Assembly (NCBI GenBank): GCA_051294375.1
Contig: CM119266.1
Location: 17,044,087 to 17,108,086 of the forward strand
Direction: 5' to 3'
From: Paraspadella gotoi
Taxonomy: Eukaryota; Animalia; Chaetognatha
Length of the DNA stretch: 64,000 nucleotides
Shown here: positions 26,501 to 38,800 of the stretch, piece by piece
How positions within the stretch are numbered: the first letter of the stretch is position 1
Layout: each line of letters starts with the position of its first letter
Made by a program: the position numbers and the translations under genes
Notes under the pieces: model-generated
What the model saw: the letters and a program-made list of their open reading frames with translations, nothing else
Told to the model about the DNA's origin: nothing
Databases searched by the model: none

Positions 26501-28469
26501 CGTGAAAGCTTTAGACCATCGCGGTCGATTCCATCAAGAATAACCGAGGCTCGCTTTTGCCAACAAGTTGTTCCATTGATCATCGGTAGGTTCGCCGAAA
26601 AGAAAGTCATCGACTTTCTCATCAGTATCGACCAAGACTTTGGATTCCAGAAAGGCGAATTTGTCGTACTTTACGTGGTGACGTTTGAACGAATGTGAAC
26701 TTCTTCTTAAGGACTGCCTTCTCTTATCTTTCTCCCGTCGATTCCGTGAGGGAAGCCTCTTGATTGGTCAAGAGAGAAGAAAAGGCAAAAAAAAAAAAAA
26801 ATCCCAGCGAGACAAGCTGCATTGCAATTGTTGCATTTGAAAAAAATCGTACTGTACTTATCCTTAGGAGATTTAGTCAAATAATACAAATATATTTTGT
26901 CTAAAATTGTTAGATACGATTCCTATTGTTGGATTATATATAATATATATAATATATATAATAATATATACATTTAATAACTATATTAATTAAATGATTT
27001 ATTTTATTTCTTAGTAAATAAAATTTCTAAAAAAGTTTAATATTCATGTTATTATTTTTATAAGTAAATAATAAAAAAATAAAATATGAATTAAATTTTG
27101 GGGGGTTTTGAATCTCGCGAGACTTTTTTGATTTTCTTTTTTTTTAAATTTATTATGTATACGTTTCAAATTTCGGTTGCAATTTAATATTATACTTACA
27201 ACCAATAGTAAAAAAAACATTCCTTTATCATTTAGGTGGGGAACTTATCCCTTCCCCTCCCCCTGGGGAGGACGAGGAAGGATGGAAATCTAGTGAAGTC
27301 AAAGACTTTTTTGTAAACTAAAATACGATGGGTAAGTCACTCGTTATTAATCTCTTTCATACATCCATTACTTCTAACAATGATGTCTCCACTAACATCA
27401 ATAATTTTTTTTAGGACCTCAAACCTCAAAACTCATACTCCACAAATGCTTGTATTTAAAGATGACCAGACCAGTGAGAAGGTAGACTCCGTTATGTATT
27501 AGACGTTTATTCAACTTTCGAAAAAAACGTCTGCAATGATAAAAACCTAGCAAAACGGATTGAAAACAAGTTGGAGCAAACAAAACCGGATCTGCTAATT
27601 ATCATTTGTCAGACGATAAGTTATTTTCCCAAATTTTTGTTTCTTTATTTCTTTTTTTGTTTTCTTTTTGTTACTTTTTGTTAGACGATTGGTAGACCGA
27701 CAAAGTGACTTGTAGAGCGGGAATCTGCTATAAGCAGATCCGGCTAAAAGAAACATAAATTTATAATGTAAAAATACGAACGAATTATAGAAGAATAAGA
27801 ACGGTATGATCAAATGTGTTGCGCCGCAAGGATTTCTTTCGCGTGTATTTTCGGGCGATGACGTGGCAGCCGTGAGCTTTTTAGACATGCACTGCTTTGG
27901 TTATTTCGTCTCTTATTCTTTATAAGGTTTTCTCAAAAAGAAAAGATTCAAGAGACAGTAATGATTTTTGTGAATTAATGACAGAACCGTTTAATATAAG
28001 TAGGAGTAGCCTAACTCTGTAACGTGGTTAAGAAATTTGAATCAAGCAACCTGCTCAAACTAAAATTTAAACATTTTTTAAAAAAAAATACCCCATATAT
28101 TAATTTATTAATATTTATTTATAAATAGGAAAGGCTAAACATTTTTTTAGGATTTTTTAATTTTGAGATAAGATTCAGGTAGCTTGCAAAAAGTTGTCTA
28201 CACAAAGTATAATTCTTTTTTCGATATTTTGATCATAAGTGGGTGAAAAATATGAAAAAACTATTTATAATCATCATCATCATCTTTCGATAATTTTATT
28301 ATTTTTTCTTAATTTAAACATAAGAATCTTTGAAAGTTGTAGTTATATTTTTTACTTAACTTTTTATGCTCTATCAGAATCCATCAAAAAAGTAGACTTC
28401 AAAACTAAAGTTTTGAACCCCCGCCCCTATTGAATTTAATTTCATAGTAGATTTCTAATATAAGCAGTC

Positions 28470-28527
28470 CCTGAGCTTCGGATCAGGCTGTAACACCGTG
28501 TTACAGGCGGGATAATCGCCCCGTCCC
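28470..28527 (-). ncRNA. Type-P5 twister-like motif (family 4), one core substitution
   Basis: GG-GA-CGGG-GCGAT-TAT-CC-C-GC-CTGTAACA(cgg)TGTTACAG-CCTG-A-TCCG-AA-GC-T-CAGG. P2, P3, P4, T1 and T2 all pair; UAA reads UAU; P5 is not evident. Confidence 0.65.
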
Positions 28528-28542
28528 TCTTAGTCCACCATA

Positions 28543-28644
28543 CGAGGTTCTTTCCGTGTCAGCAAAAATAACAAAATACCAAATAGAATGCGTCTTAAAT
28601 TTGGTAGCTCTTTTGTTATTTTTGCTGACACGGAAAGAACCTCG
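28543..28644. mobile_element. 102-bp palindromic mariner-type MITE
   Basis: Perfect 34-bp inverted arms CGAGGTTCTTTCCGTGTCAGCAAAAATAACAAAA; TA on the left flank, AA on the right. Confidence 0.75.
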
Positions 28645-31600
28645 AATCCAACTTCTAAGCGACTCCTAGCGCTGATACCTTTTGTTTCTTATTTTGAAAT
28701 GATTCACATTGTGAAAGTCAAACACACCACTTTATATTCTTTATCCTATTCCAAGTAGAAAACTATATCAAATAACATTAACATCAGAATGTTATGAAAG
28801 TGTCAGAGTTAAATTCATCATTTAGTTATTATAAAATAACATTTGAGTGAAGAAGTTAATGGACTTTCGACTCTTTTCCCTAATCAGTCAATCATAGTGT
28901 ATAATCCCGTCGCATCCCTGGTATTCCAGAAAAAAAACGAACATATTTTTTTTTCAAAATTATTTTCTCAATTTTTTTTTCTACATTGGTGAGTATCTAA
29001 TGCCTGAGTTAAGTCGCCTCGTTCCTATTTGATGAAGGTTTAGCTTCAGGAGGCAACTAAAAATCGGGCAATTTTTTTATCGGTAAACTTTAAAAATTTC
29101 ATCCAACATCCATTTAAAAAAAAACTATTTTATTTTACAGTACCTACCTTAGTGCAATACTAGCAACTAAAACTATTGTAAAATGGGTTCAAATAACAAT
29201 GAAAAGACAAAATTTTATGTAGTGAAAGTGGAGAACACCTGCGTAAAGAGGAATAAAAGACGGAATCCCGATGACGTGCATGTCGAGCGCTCACTGTAGA
29301 AGAAGAAAGTCACTGCGGCGCAACACAACAACGACAGATTGACAAAGTGAATTATTGAGTCTGGTCTGTAGAAGCAGATAGGGAAGCCAGGTGCTGTGAG
29401 AGTCTTGATAGAAAGCTTGCAGAGCCTTGCTAAGTCAGTAGCAAGATAGCTTATTTATTAAGTGATTGGACAGTTTTTATTTGGATTGGACCGATTTTTA
29501 TAAACGGGGATCTGTGAAAAAAAACTTGCTCCAAATATTCTTATTATATGCAAAATAGATATTCTACTATTAAATATTAAACATAGGTGGATTTTATCGG
29601 GGATCGCTATCCCATTTTTTCTCGACCACGCAATAAGTGTCATCGAGCAAAACGGTTATTGCCAAACGATTCAAAATATCACGGTTCTTCCTAAAACGAA
29701 ACCACAGGATCAATCGCACGCAGGAGTGTGCAAAACATTTAAACCATATTTTCTTAAAAAGAAGAAAAGGAAATCAGTCCACCAAAGGATTAAATCGCAA
29801 CGCTTGATGAAAAAGACAGTACTAAACATGTTTAGCAAAGATACCATATATTTCATATTTTAACTAAAAACAAAACTTAAGTTTTATATTCTATTTATCT
29901 ATCTACAATACACATGTGCAATAGAATGGAGCTCTCGGGAACAAAAACTTTATTTGAGATATGTCACAATGATAGTTATACGTATAGTGGTATGATTATC
30001 AAATCCAAGAAATATTTTGCTCATACTGTGAGGGGAACCGAATCAGAATTTACATTATATTTGTTGTTTTGTCATCATAAAATATTAATTTTTTAAAATC
30101 ACTTTAAAATTTTTTTTCAACTTTTTCGCTCTCTGTATGAGAAACGACAATTTTTAATCATTAATCAATTAAATCAGTTTGAAATTTTATTAATATATTA
30201 GGATATTACGACAAATAAAACGAAATTTCTGATACTGTTACGCTCAAAATTTTTATTCAGAGGGCTTGAACTATATTAACATAATTTTTATATTGGTTGT
30301 GCCAATTTCATATACAAAGGCAGCAAAAAATATTGTGACATCTCTTAATCTTTTTACCGCTCCACCCTACTGTGCAATTACGGATGAAAAAAAGTAGACT
30401 TTTTTTATGTCCGAGATGAGGCTTTCTCACTATTTCAGAGAAACTTAAATTAATTTTTAAATCTGAAGAATGCGGATGACGTGCATCTGATCGATTAACC
30501 GGTCAATTCAAGCCACTCGCATTCCCCTTGTAAATTTTTATTTCGTAACTATTGGTCATTGGTTCACCAAAGCACATTTCAAATTTAGTAATAATATTAT
30601 TATTTAGTAATAAAAACCAATATGGTTTTCGACATGCAGTATACTTAGTTATTTTCTAATTTATTTATTTACTTATTTACTGCGGTTTGTGAAAGGAAGA
30701 TTCTGGCGAATGTACATAGGCCGTCGTCTTTTTGCACGCAACAAAATGTGAAAATTGCGTTCTTAATTTACCAAATTTTAAGCAACGAACTTAGATGCGA
30801 TCAAAGCGTGACTTTCATTATGGTTCTCCTTACTAACACTACAGTATTGTATTTCAATTAGGCTCCAGAGTCCTGTCGAATGGAAACGAACGTACGTACT
30901 ACGATTTTAAATTAGAACATGAAAAAATATGGACACGGGAGTGTTGCATGGTCCGCAAAAGTTTTTAGTCTTAGAAGTCAATCACTCAAATCGCAACATT
31001 AACGCCGTGAGGCAAAATCTCATAGGAAGATGTTATGAGTCCAGTCACAAAGAACGGACAAAGAAGGCTCCTACCGATACATTTGGTGAAAACTGAAAAA
31101 AAAAATTATGTAGTGAGGGATAAATTCTAGAGCAATGGGTAATCCAGGCTGACATAAAACATACCGATAACAAAGAAAAGATGCGGAATTCAAAAAAAAA
31201 AAAAAAATACTCATGTTAAAAGAAGTCGATGATTAAAAAGGAACACAAAAAATGACAATAAATTTAGCCGCAAATCGACCAAGAAAAGTTAAAGAAAGCA
31301 CTCGGTTAGATTGTTTACAAAATTATGACGCAACAAATAAGATCAAGGAATGAAAAGCTCCAAATCAGTACTATAGGTCCCCTATCAAAAAAAAGAAAAG
31401 AAAAAGAATTGCCATGGACGATCTGGCGAGATAATTTACTTCTCTTGATGTTTCAGTCGAAAACACAAATATTAAAAAATTAAAATGTCACTGCCGCTTT
31501 TTCGAGAGTTGTCTTCTTTATTTTTTTTTTTCTTTTCACGTGGGATTCTTTTAAAAGTCTTTCAGATAGAGCTCTTCACCCACCCATCCCCGATAGAAAA

Positions 31601-34600
31601 AAAAATAAAACAATAAACGGAATGTCAAGAACAAAATCGCAAAGCTCTTTGAGACCTTTTTTTCTTGCTTTGAAAATAGTAGCCTAACTATAACTTAATT
31701 CAATACCACAAATAATGTTGCATGGAACGTGAACCGTTAGTTGGTTAAGTAATGCCTTGGTTGATTTGCATGTTTTTTTTTTATAATCTAATTCCTTTCT
31801 CGCAGTTATACACGTAGTAAAACCCGATGAAAAAATGAATTATTAATCCCCTATAAGATAGATGAAGCTGAACCCAAGAAGTGGTGTCGCCGTTTCAATT
31901 CAGTTATATTTTTTACACTTTTGTGCAAAAATCTATATAAATTAGAATCGGCCAGACGACATTAAAAGAAGCGGTTCCTAGATTCATTCTCGAGAGCAAC
32001 GAAACACTTGAACTGAGATGAAAACGATTTTTATGAGGGGCCATTCGAATTCCAGGATTCTGCGCTTGTCGTGAAGTCGGGTTTTCCGTCTTCTTAGGAA
32101 ACCTGTCGAATATTGCAGACAATGTTGAGATCGTTTTAAAAATCGAAAACTGCTTCGTCGGCATGCTATGCTTTTTGTATAATAATTTAAAATCTGGCAA
32201 GGATGATTAGTGGTATAGCTAAGCTGAAAACGAAAATACTCCCCGGTGAAAAAAAAAAAGGAATTTAATGGTGCTTACACATGGCTTGCAATGGTGCACA
32301 CGAGCCCGAAGAAGTACGCTTGCTAAAAATATGGAAATATACGAGGAGCACGCAACGTGCTAAAAAGGGACTTCATTCACACGGATGTAAGTAAACGAGT
32401 CTCAAACTACTAAAACAAAACAAAAACAAAAAAACCAAGACGATCTCAATTTAAAAAAAAAAAATACTTGAAAAGCGTATCGCCCCCATAGTATGCCGCA
32501 AAAGGGTTTCTTCAATGGAGAGTTTGACACTCGAAGGTTCATCTTTGGTTTGGCTTCGAATCTCGCGACTACAAACTACTGACTACGCGCGAATCCTCGG
32601 AAAAAAAAAAGAGTGGCGTCATTTGTGGTGGAAAAAATGACACAATTTGACGTCTGTCCGAAACATGATAATTATAGACCGCATTTCTTTCGATCCGTCA
32701 AAACAAAACGTTTGTTATTCCGAGTAGTTTAATACATGTGATCTATTAAACCAAATAAGCGGCCTGACAACAGCGCTGCTTGTACAGCAAGTTATAAAGT
32801 ATCAACCACACCTTCCGTATTCTGTATTTTAACAAAGAAAATCTATTTTACCCAAGAATCAAACAAATGCTTAAACGTTGGTTTAGGCGGCGGTGCTACG
32901 TTCCGAAGTTAGTAATAATCAACTTGATCATATTTGAATTCAGACAAACTTCTAAAACATTACGTTCCAGTTTCGGCATTTAACCTCTGCAAATGGTTGC
33001 TTAGTAACCGGTGGCGTTGTTAGCATCCTAGTTACACCAGAAAAGTCCACAAAAACTTCATTTTTCAAAACAAAATTAAATCAAGGAGGGTTAAACTCTG
33101 CGTATCTAAACACTACGAATGAAAAAAAGCAAAAGCCGAGGTTCGCTTTTCATGGTTGATCGTGATTGGTTCGCTGATTGAGTAGGAAATAGTATGAAAA
33201 GACTATCGCTATTATTAGCCGAAACCAACATCGGCAGAAAAGAACGTTGCTCCGAATCACGAAGAATTTCTCAGTGATGACAATTGATCGTCAAAAAAAG
33301 AAAAGACCTACCATAAAACCGAAAAAAATCGTAAAGCTCCTCCTCGAATTATTCACTAGGCCATGAGCAAGCGTTGGCAATAGTCGACACTGAGTCGTGA
33401 TTCGTGATAGGAAACGTCATCTAATTAAAAACAAAACCAAACCTTCTACTAGGATGTGATAAAGTTGATTTAAAGAAAAGCCATCGATAAGCTACAAAAT
33501 AATGAAGTACGAAAAAAAAATTCCTCGGTCGGAGAAAAATCGATACGACGAAGTGAACGAATTATAAACGAACGAGCAATTAAGACGATTGAGGGATCGT
33601 CGCTCCAATATTTTTTTTTTTTTAATCCCCGATTTTCTCCTCTTGAAATTCGAATAGACATTTTCTCCGATGAGGGAAACTATTTTTTTTTATTTAAATT
33701 CTTGCGTCCAAAAAGGGACTCGCTCTTCCCGTTTTTTTTTTGTTTTTTAAATAGGTGGTTATCATGAATGGCGAGTCGGAGTTAACGATAGAATATCTTC
33801 GATTTGCGGGTTTTATTTTCCTTTTTTTCTCCAATTTTTTTTTTCTTCCGCTGGCAACGCACCACCCTTGTCTGCGATGAAATTCATTTCCGCTATTTTG
33901 CCCCAGTCGTCCGTTCTTAGGACTCCTTGAGAAAAAAAGGTTTGTGATAATTGTCCAGTAAATACCAAACGATACTTGTAATTATATTTTTAACTACTTT
34001 TCATCAATGGTATAACTTAACTACGATAAACAGAGACGGAGCACAAAGCTATACAGTACTAGAAAGAATAAATTCAAAACTTATACACGTGAAACTGAGT
34101 TTTGCCGGTTCATTTATTAATTCATGAGGGTTATAAATTCGAACAGTGACCGCGAGCTAAAATACCACGTTAGGTCTATCTTGGAATAATCATGTGGCCC
34201 TTCAACGGTAGACCCGTAATCGGCAATCTCACCTTGTTACATTAGGAAGGTAACGAATATCTAAATCTCGGTGGGAAGAAGGTACCAAAGTCCCACAAGG
34301 TTATTGAGGGTCACCAGAAATTCATGCTTGTCACGCGTCGTTTGATTTCGTAGCAAATAAGTAACTCAATTTTCTGGCATTAGTTATTAGTCATTTCTGT
34401 ATCTATTTCCAATTTATAATTTGATTTTTTTCAATCTTATTATTTCGAGTAGTTTTTGTAGTGCTTGATAACCAATAGCCATGAGCTGACCCGTTTAACA
34501 ACTGTATGTAAGAAACAGCCTCATTTTCTCTCTCAAATTTTCTGTCCAACATTTTTCTCTTTCGAGCCCGGTGCTTCGATACTTTTTAACATTTAGCACT

Positions 34601-35440
34601 GTGTATCAAATAATCCGAATATTATTATTATTCCATTACTTTTTGTAAAAGCAACTTTACGAAAGATAATGAATTCTGCTCTCTTTAATCAACGGCAGTC
34701 TTTTAATTTTCAGTAGAAAATTGTTTTCTTGAGAAGTAAGATTGTAGAAAAAATTCTAGTTTTGGCTTTTACAATTTATTTCATTGTAATAAAACAATTA
34801 GACGATTGTTCGATTACTATTAAGGGAATGTCTCTGTTATTTTAAGATACAAAATTGTACAGAGTCAATTTTTAAAATTTTTATTTACTGATGTCGCGTA
34901 TTGTACAAAATAATGATCGCAAAATACTTTAGTTTAAATCTGAATTTTTTAAAAAAATTCATGTTTTTTATATAATTATATTTATACGTAATCGCAATCG
35001 TTCTTTGTACTACTTATACATATTCATGTTGAATTAAATTATTGACAAAAATCTTAGCAGGTTTATTGCTGATAATTCAAGGGTAACATCTCGGTCATGG
35101 AAATTACAAGATTACTTCTTTTGCTATACTTTTATCTATTTTAAAGTTGTAAAAAGTTAAATATAAATATTAAATTTAAATTTTTAAAATCTAATTACAT
35201 TTTATGTAAATGACAAATTTAACTTTTTGCTGTATTTAAAATAATGGGGAGAGGGAAGTTAGAGACGAGATCCTCACACAATGATAGTTAATCAATCTAC
35301 AAGTGTAAAAATTAATATTTTACCTTGAAGTTTGGTTTGAATGTGAAAAATTTAGTAGGAATAGATTCTGTTTATAACTTAACTAAATTTATTTAATTGA
35401 CGTTAATAAATTTTCTTAAATGGCTGTATTAGGAAAACCG

Positions 35441-35740
35441 ATAGCTACAACCTGGTTTCTGTGTTGCCCAGCTGGGTGGGACTTCTAACTTGTCGGCGTT
35501 AGTGTCTTCCGACTCGTAGTAACGCTAAGTGTCACTGGCGCGGATACCCATGGTCAATTTCGCTTGTGCCAAGGTAGAGAGAGGTCGTTAGGACTGAAAA
35601 ACACATGGTTGGGATGATGCGTTCAACCCAATAGGATTGACTGAATGAAGTCGGAGTTGAAGCGGCGTAAATACACCGCCACAGGATCTCTCAGGTTCTC
35701 CAGGCCTTGGAGAGGTGTCTAACAAAACTGTTACTATAAG
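35441..35740 (-). mobile_element. Old diverged copy of the twister-TRIM (one LTR plus part of the internal region)
   Basis: Reverse complement aligns with 55836-56159; decayed twister with CCATGG at P1. Confidence 0.75.
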
Positions 35741-35860
35741 CCGGAATCTGTGATTTAGGCGGACTTTTAATTTAAAATTCCATTCGTTTTTTATTAGCAG
35801 ATTTTTTTTAGTAGCGGGTTTCAGATTGTCATTTCGTACTATACCAACAAAAATTCTAAT

Positions 35861-38800
35861 TCATTCTTTATTTTTCTTGACGGGTAGGCTGTAAAGTCCG
35901 CTCTTAAACTCTTGAATGTCAAACACATGGCGGCTTCGGGGGTAAAGGCTCTTGGAGTCTACGAATAGCAACTTTAACTCAAAGATGGAATTATGTTTGA
36001 GGTCGACATCCGTAACAGTTGAGCCATCAGAGTTCGCCGAGGTTTTTCCACTGCGTGATGTCATCGCGTTTTCGCTTGGGCCTCCAGTTCCATGACCCAT
36101 TACGTGGACGCTCAATTTCCTTTTTGACTGTTCCGTCGTCGCCGACGCTGATGATTGCTCGAGGCCGTCGCTTTCGTTCCGCGATTCCTTCAAATTTTTA
36201 TCTGATAGAAAAGTTATCGCTTTTGTTTTACAAAACTGTATTTAAGTCTTTGTCGCAGCTGCCTAAAAGCATCTTTATGTTCCTTCTCTAACATAATAAT
36301 ATAATTTTTATATTGGTTGTACCAATTTCATAAATACTCGGGGCATATATATATTAAGGCGGGCCAAAATTGAACACTTTTTATAACTTCTAGTTCTCTA
36401 AAAAAAATTTCTTTTTTCCTTCTATTACTAAATCGATTTTCAATGCAACTTTTTGAATTAGTTCATTGGGTTGTTGCACTGAATATATAACAAATGACAA
36501 AAATGTTTTTTTTTAAATTTTTTTTTTTAAGAACGGATTCCTATAGAACTTAAAAGGTTAAATGAAAGTTAGTACTACAATTTTTAAAAATTTTGCCAAT
36601 AAATTGGTTAAAAATAAAAAAACCCTAAAAAACAATCATTATAATCATCATTGGCTAAATTTTATTGTTTTTTAAAATTTTTATCAATAAAACAAAAAAA
36701 ATTTAAAAGTTGTATTAATAACCTTTATCTAACTTTTAAAACTCTACCAGAATCTATTAAAAAAAAATTAAAAATAAAAATTTAAACTTTTTATAGTAAT
36801 AAAATAATCTTTAAATGCTTCCATGCGCTTATTAATAAGATAAATTTTAAAAATTATTTTTATTTTCATATTTCCTAACAATCACTTATTTATTTGAGAG
36901 AACTTCTAGTTTTCAACCTGTTCCGGCCTAACCACTAGTTAGACAGTAAAGTATCGAATAGACTAATTGAGTAACGGCTTGGTATGCACATGGCAGCTTT
37001 GGTCTAACAGCGATTTTCAAATTGTCATTACGTAATTACTTGAGGGGGCGCTGTTATTTTTATTCAAATGCTTGTGCTTTACTCCAATCCCGTAAGATTT
37101 CCGCTCCTGCATGTCAATATAAGGATTGTAATACCATTATTAGAGCACGCCAAATTCAAATTTTAATGGGATAAGAATAAACAAATCCGTTATTCATAAT
37201 TGTATTAAAATGGTATTGCGCTAATTTAAATTGTTACCCCGAAACTAATCAACAAAATTTAACTTATTATAAATCATATAATAGAAAAGTCCTTGACGTT
37301 TTTAAAAAGATTAATGCATAAGTTACTTAGTGTATGCTCATAATGTCCTCCTTTTCAGAGAGGAAAATATTTGATTATACTGTTATTTTTTTAATATTTA
37401 CCTCTAGATAGGATATATCACTTTATATCATTTTAATCCAGATCGCTGAAGACTTAATAACCTGATGAACTCTAAAAAGGCGCTCCGTTATCGTGGCTTG
37501 ATGTGGGACACGAATGCGATAGCCTGGAAATCGGATAAGTTAAAAAGTGTAAAATGATTCAAAACGGATTATGTAGTTTTTTCGTAAATTCATTTTGGGA
37601 AGGCTGTGGATATAATATGAGAAGTTCACTGTAAATCGCTTTCGCTTATGTTCTTTTTTGTTCTTGTTAATCGCTAATGTTTTTGATTTTCTTTTACTCA
37701 GAGGATTTCCCGTACATTTCTAGGACGAGCTTCTTTTATTTTGCTACCATTAGATTTCTATAGTGATTGTCTTTCGTCCTGATCTTCCCTTGGACTTTCA
37801 ATTTTTCTCGCTAATACGTAAATTAAAACAGTTGGGGAAAAAAAAAAAGAGCAAAGGATTTCTTCGCTTTGTTCCAGTTTTTTCCACCAAAGGGCTAATA
37901 AATTCAAACAGAATGGAAAAGCAAAAGAGCATTTTTTTTGGGTTGAGTCGAAAGGTTCCTTTTAGTAAATATTCTGAAACCCTTATAAGGACAGGGAGAA
38001 TATTACGAAAATATGAAAACCGGAATCTAAAAATTTCTTTCTAGAATTATCGATGCTATTTTGTCAGTTTTGATTTACTTTGCGTTAGGCCCGCTTAGGG
38101 TAGAGGGGAAGGTTCGGCAAGAGATGAAAGTTTGGGTTAGGGTTGAGGGTTAGAAACACGAGGGACTTTAGGTATTAATGTTCTTGCTTGGTGAGCCACG
38201 GGAGGCTCGGCTTAGGGAAGGCCCGGGATAGAGTTAAGGTTGAGGGTAAGGTTCCGGCCTTCCATCCCTTGTCAAGCTTCCCACTCAAACCTAACCTGAG
38301 CCTTCTGTCTATTGTCGAGCCTCTCCCTCAATCCTAAGCATAACTCGTAGTTTAGGGTTGTTATTGATTCGAGACTTATTGATCATCAAGGCTAAATAGA
38401 GGTAAGCCTGTAAGGCAATAACTTGAATAAAGGAATTGGAGGAAGGAATAAGGGGAACATATGAAAAGACATAGTAGGGAGGTTAGAAGGGGAAAATGGA
38501 TATGTATTTAGTTGTCGGATATTACAATAATAATTATAAAAAAATACATTTTACCTGCAGGATTTATTAAGCGTCCCCCGCAATTTCTAGTGTTGTTATT
38601 TCTTTTCCAGCGAACAGCTTGCGCGACCTTTGGATACCGAATTTATTTGTTTATTATTACTTTTCAGTTTTTCCCTTTTTCTGCTTTATCTTTTACTATT
38701 GTTGATGGCATAATTATAATATCTGCCGGAAAATTTGGCATAAAATGGCTTAGTACAGTAAATATCATCATAATAATATATAAAACATATTATATAAACT

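Noticed and set aside
26595-26628. Minus-strand CTGATGA followed by a hairpin (hammerhead-like)
   Set aside because: GAAA is absent after the stem (TTTT instead).
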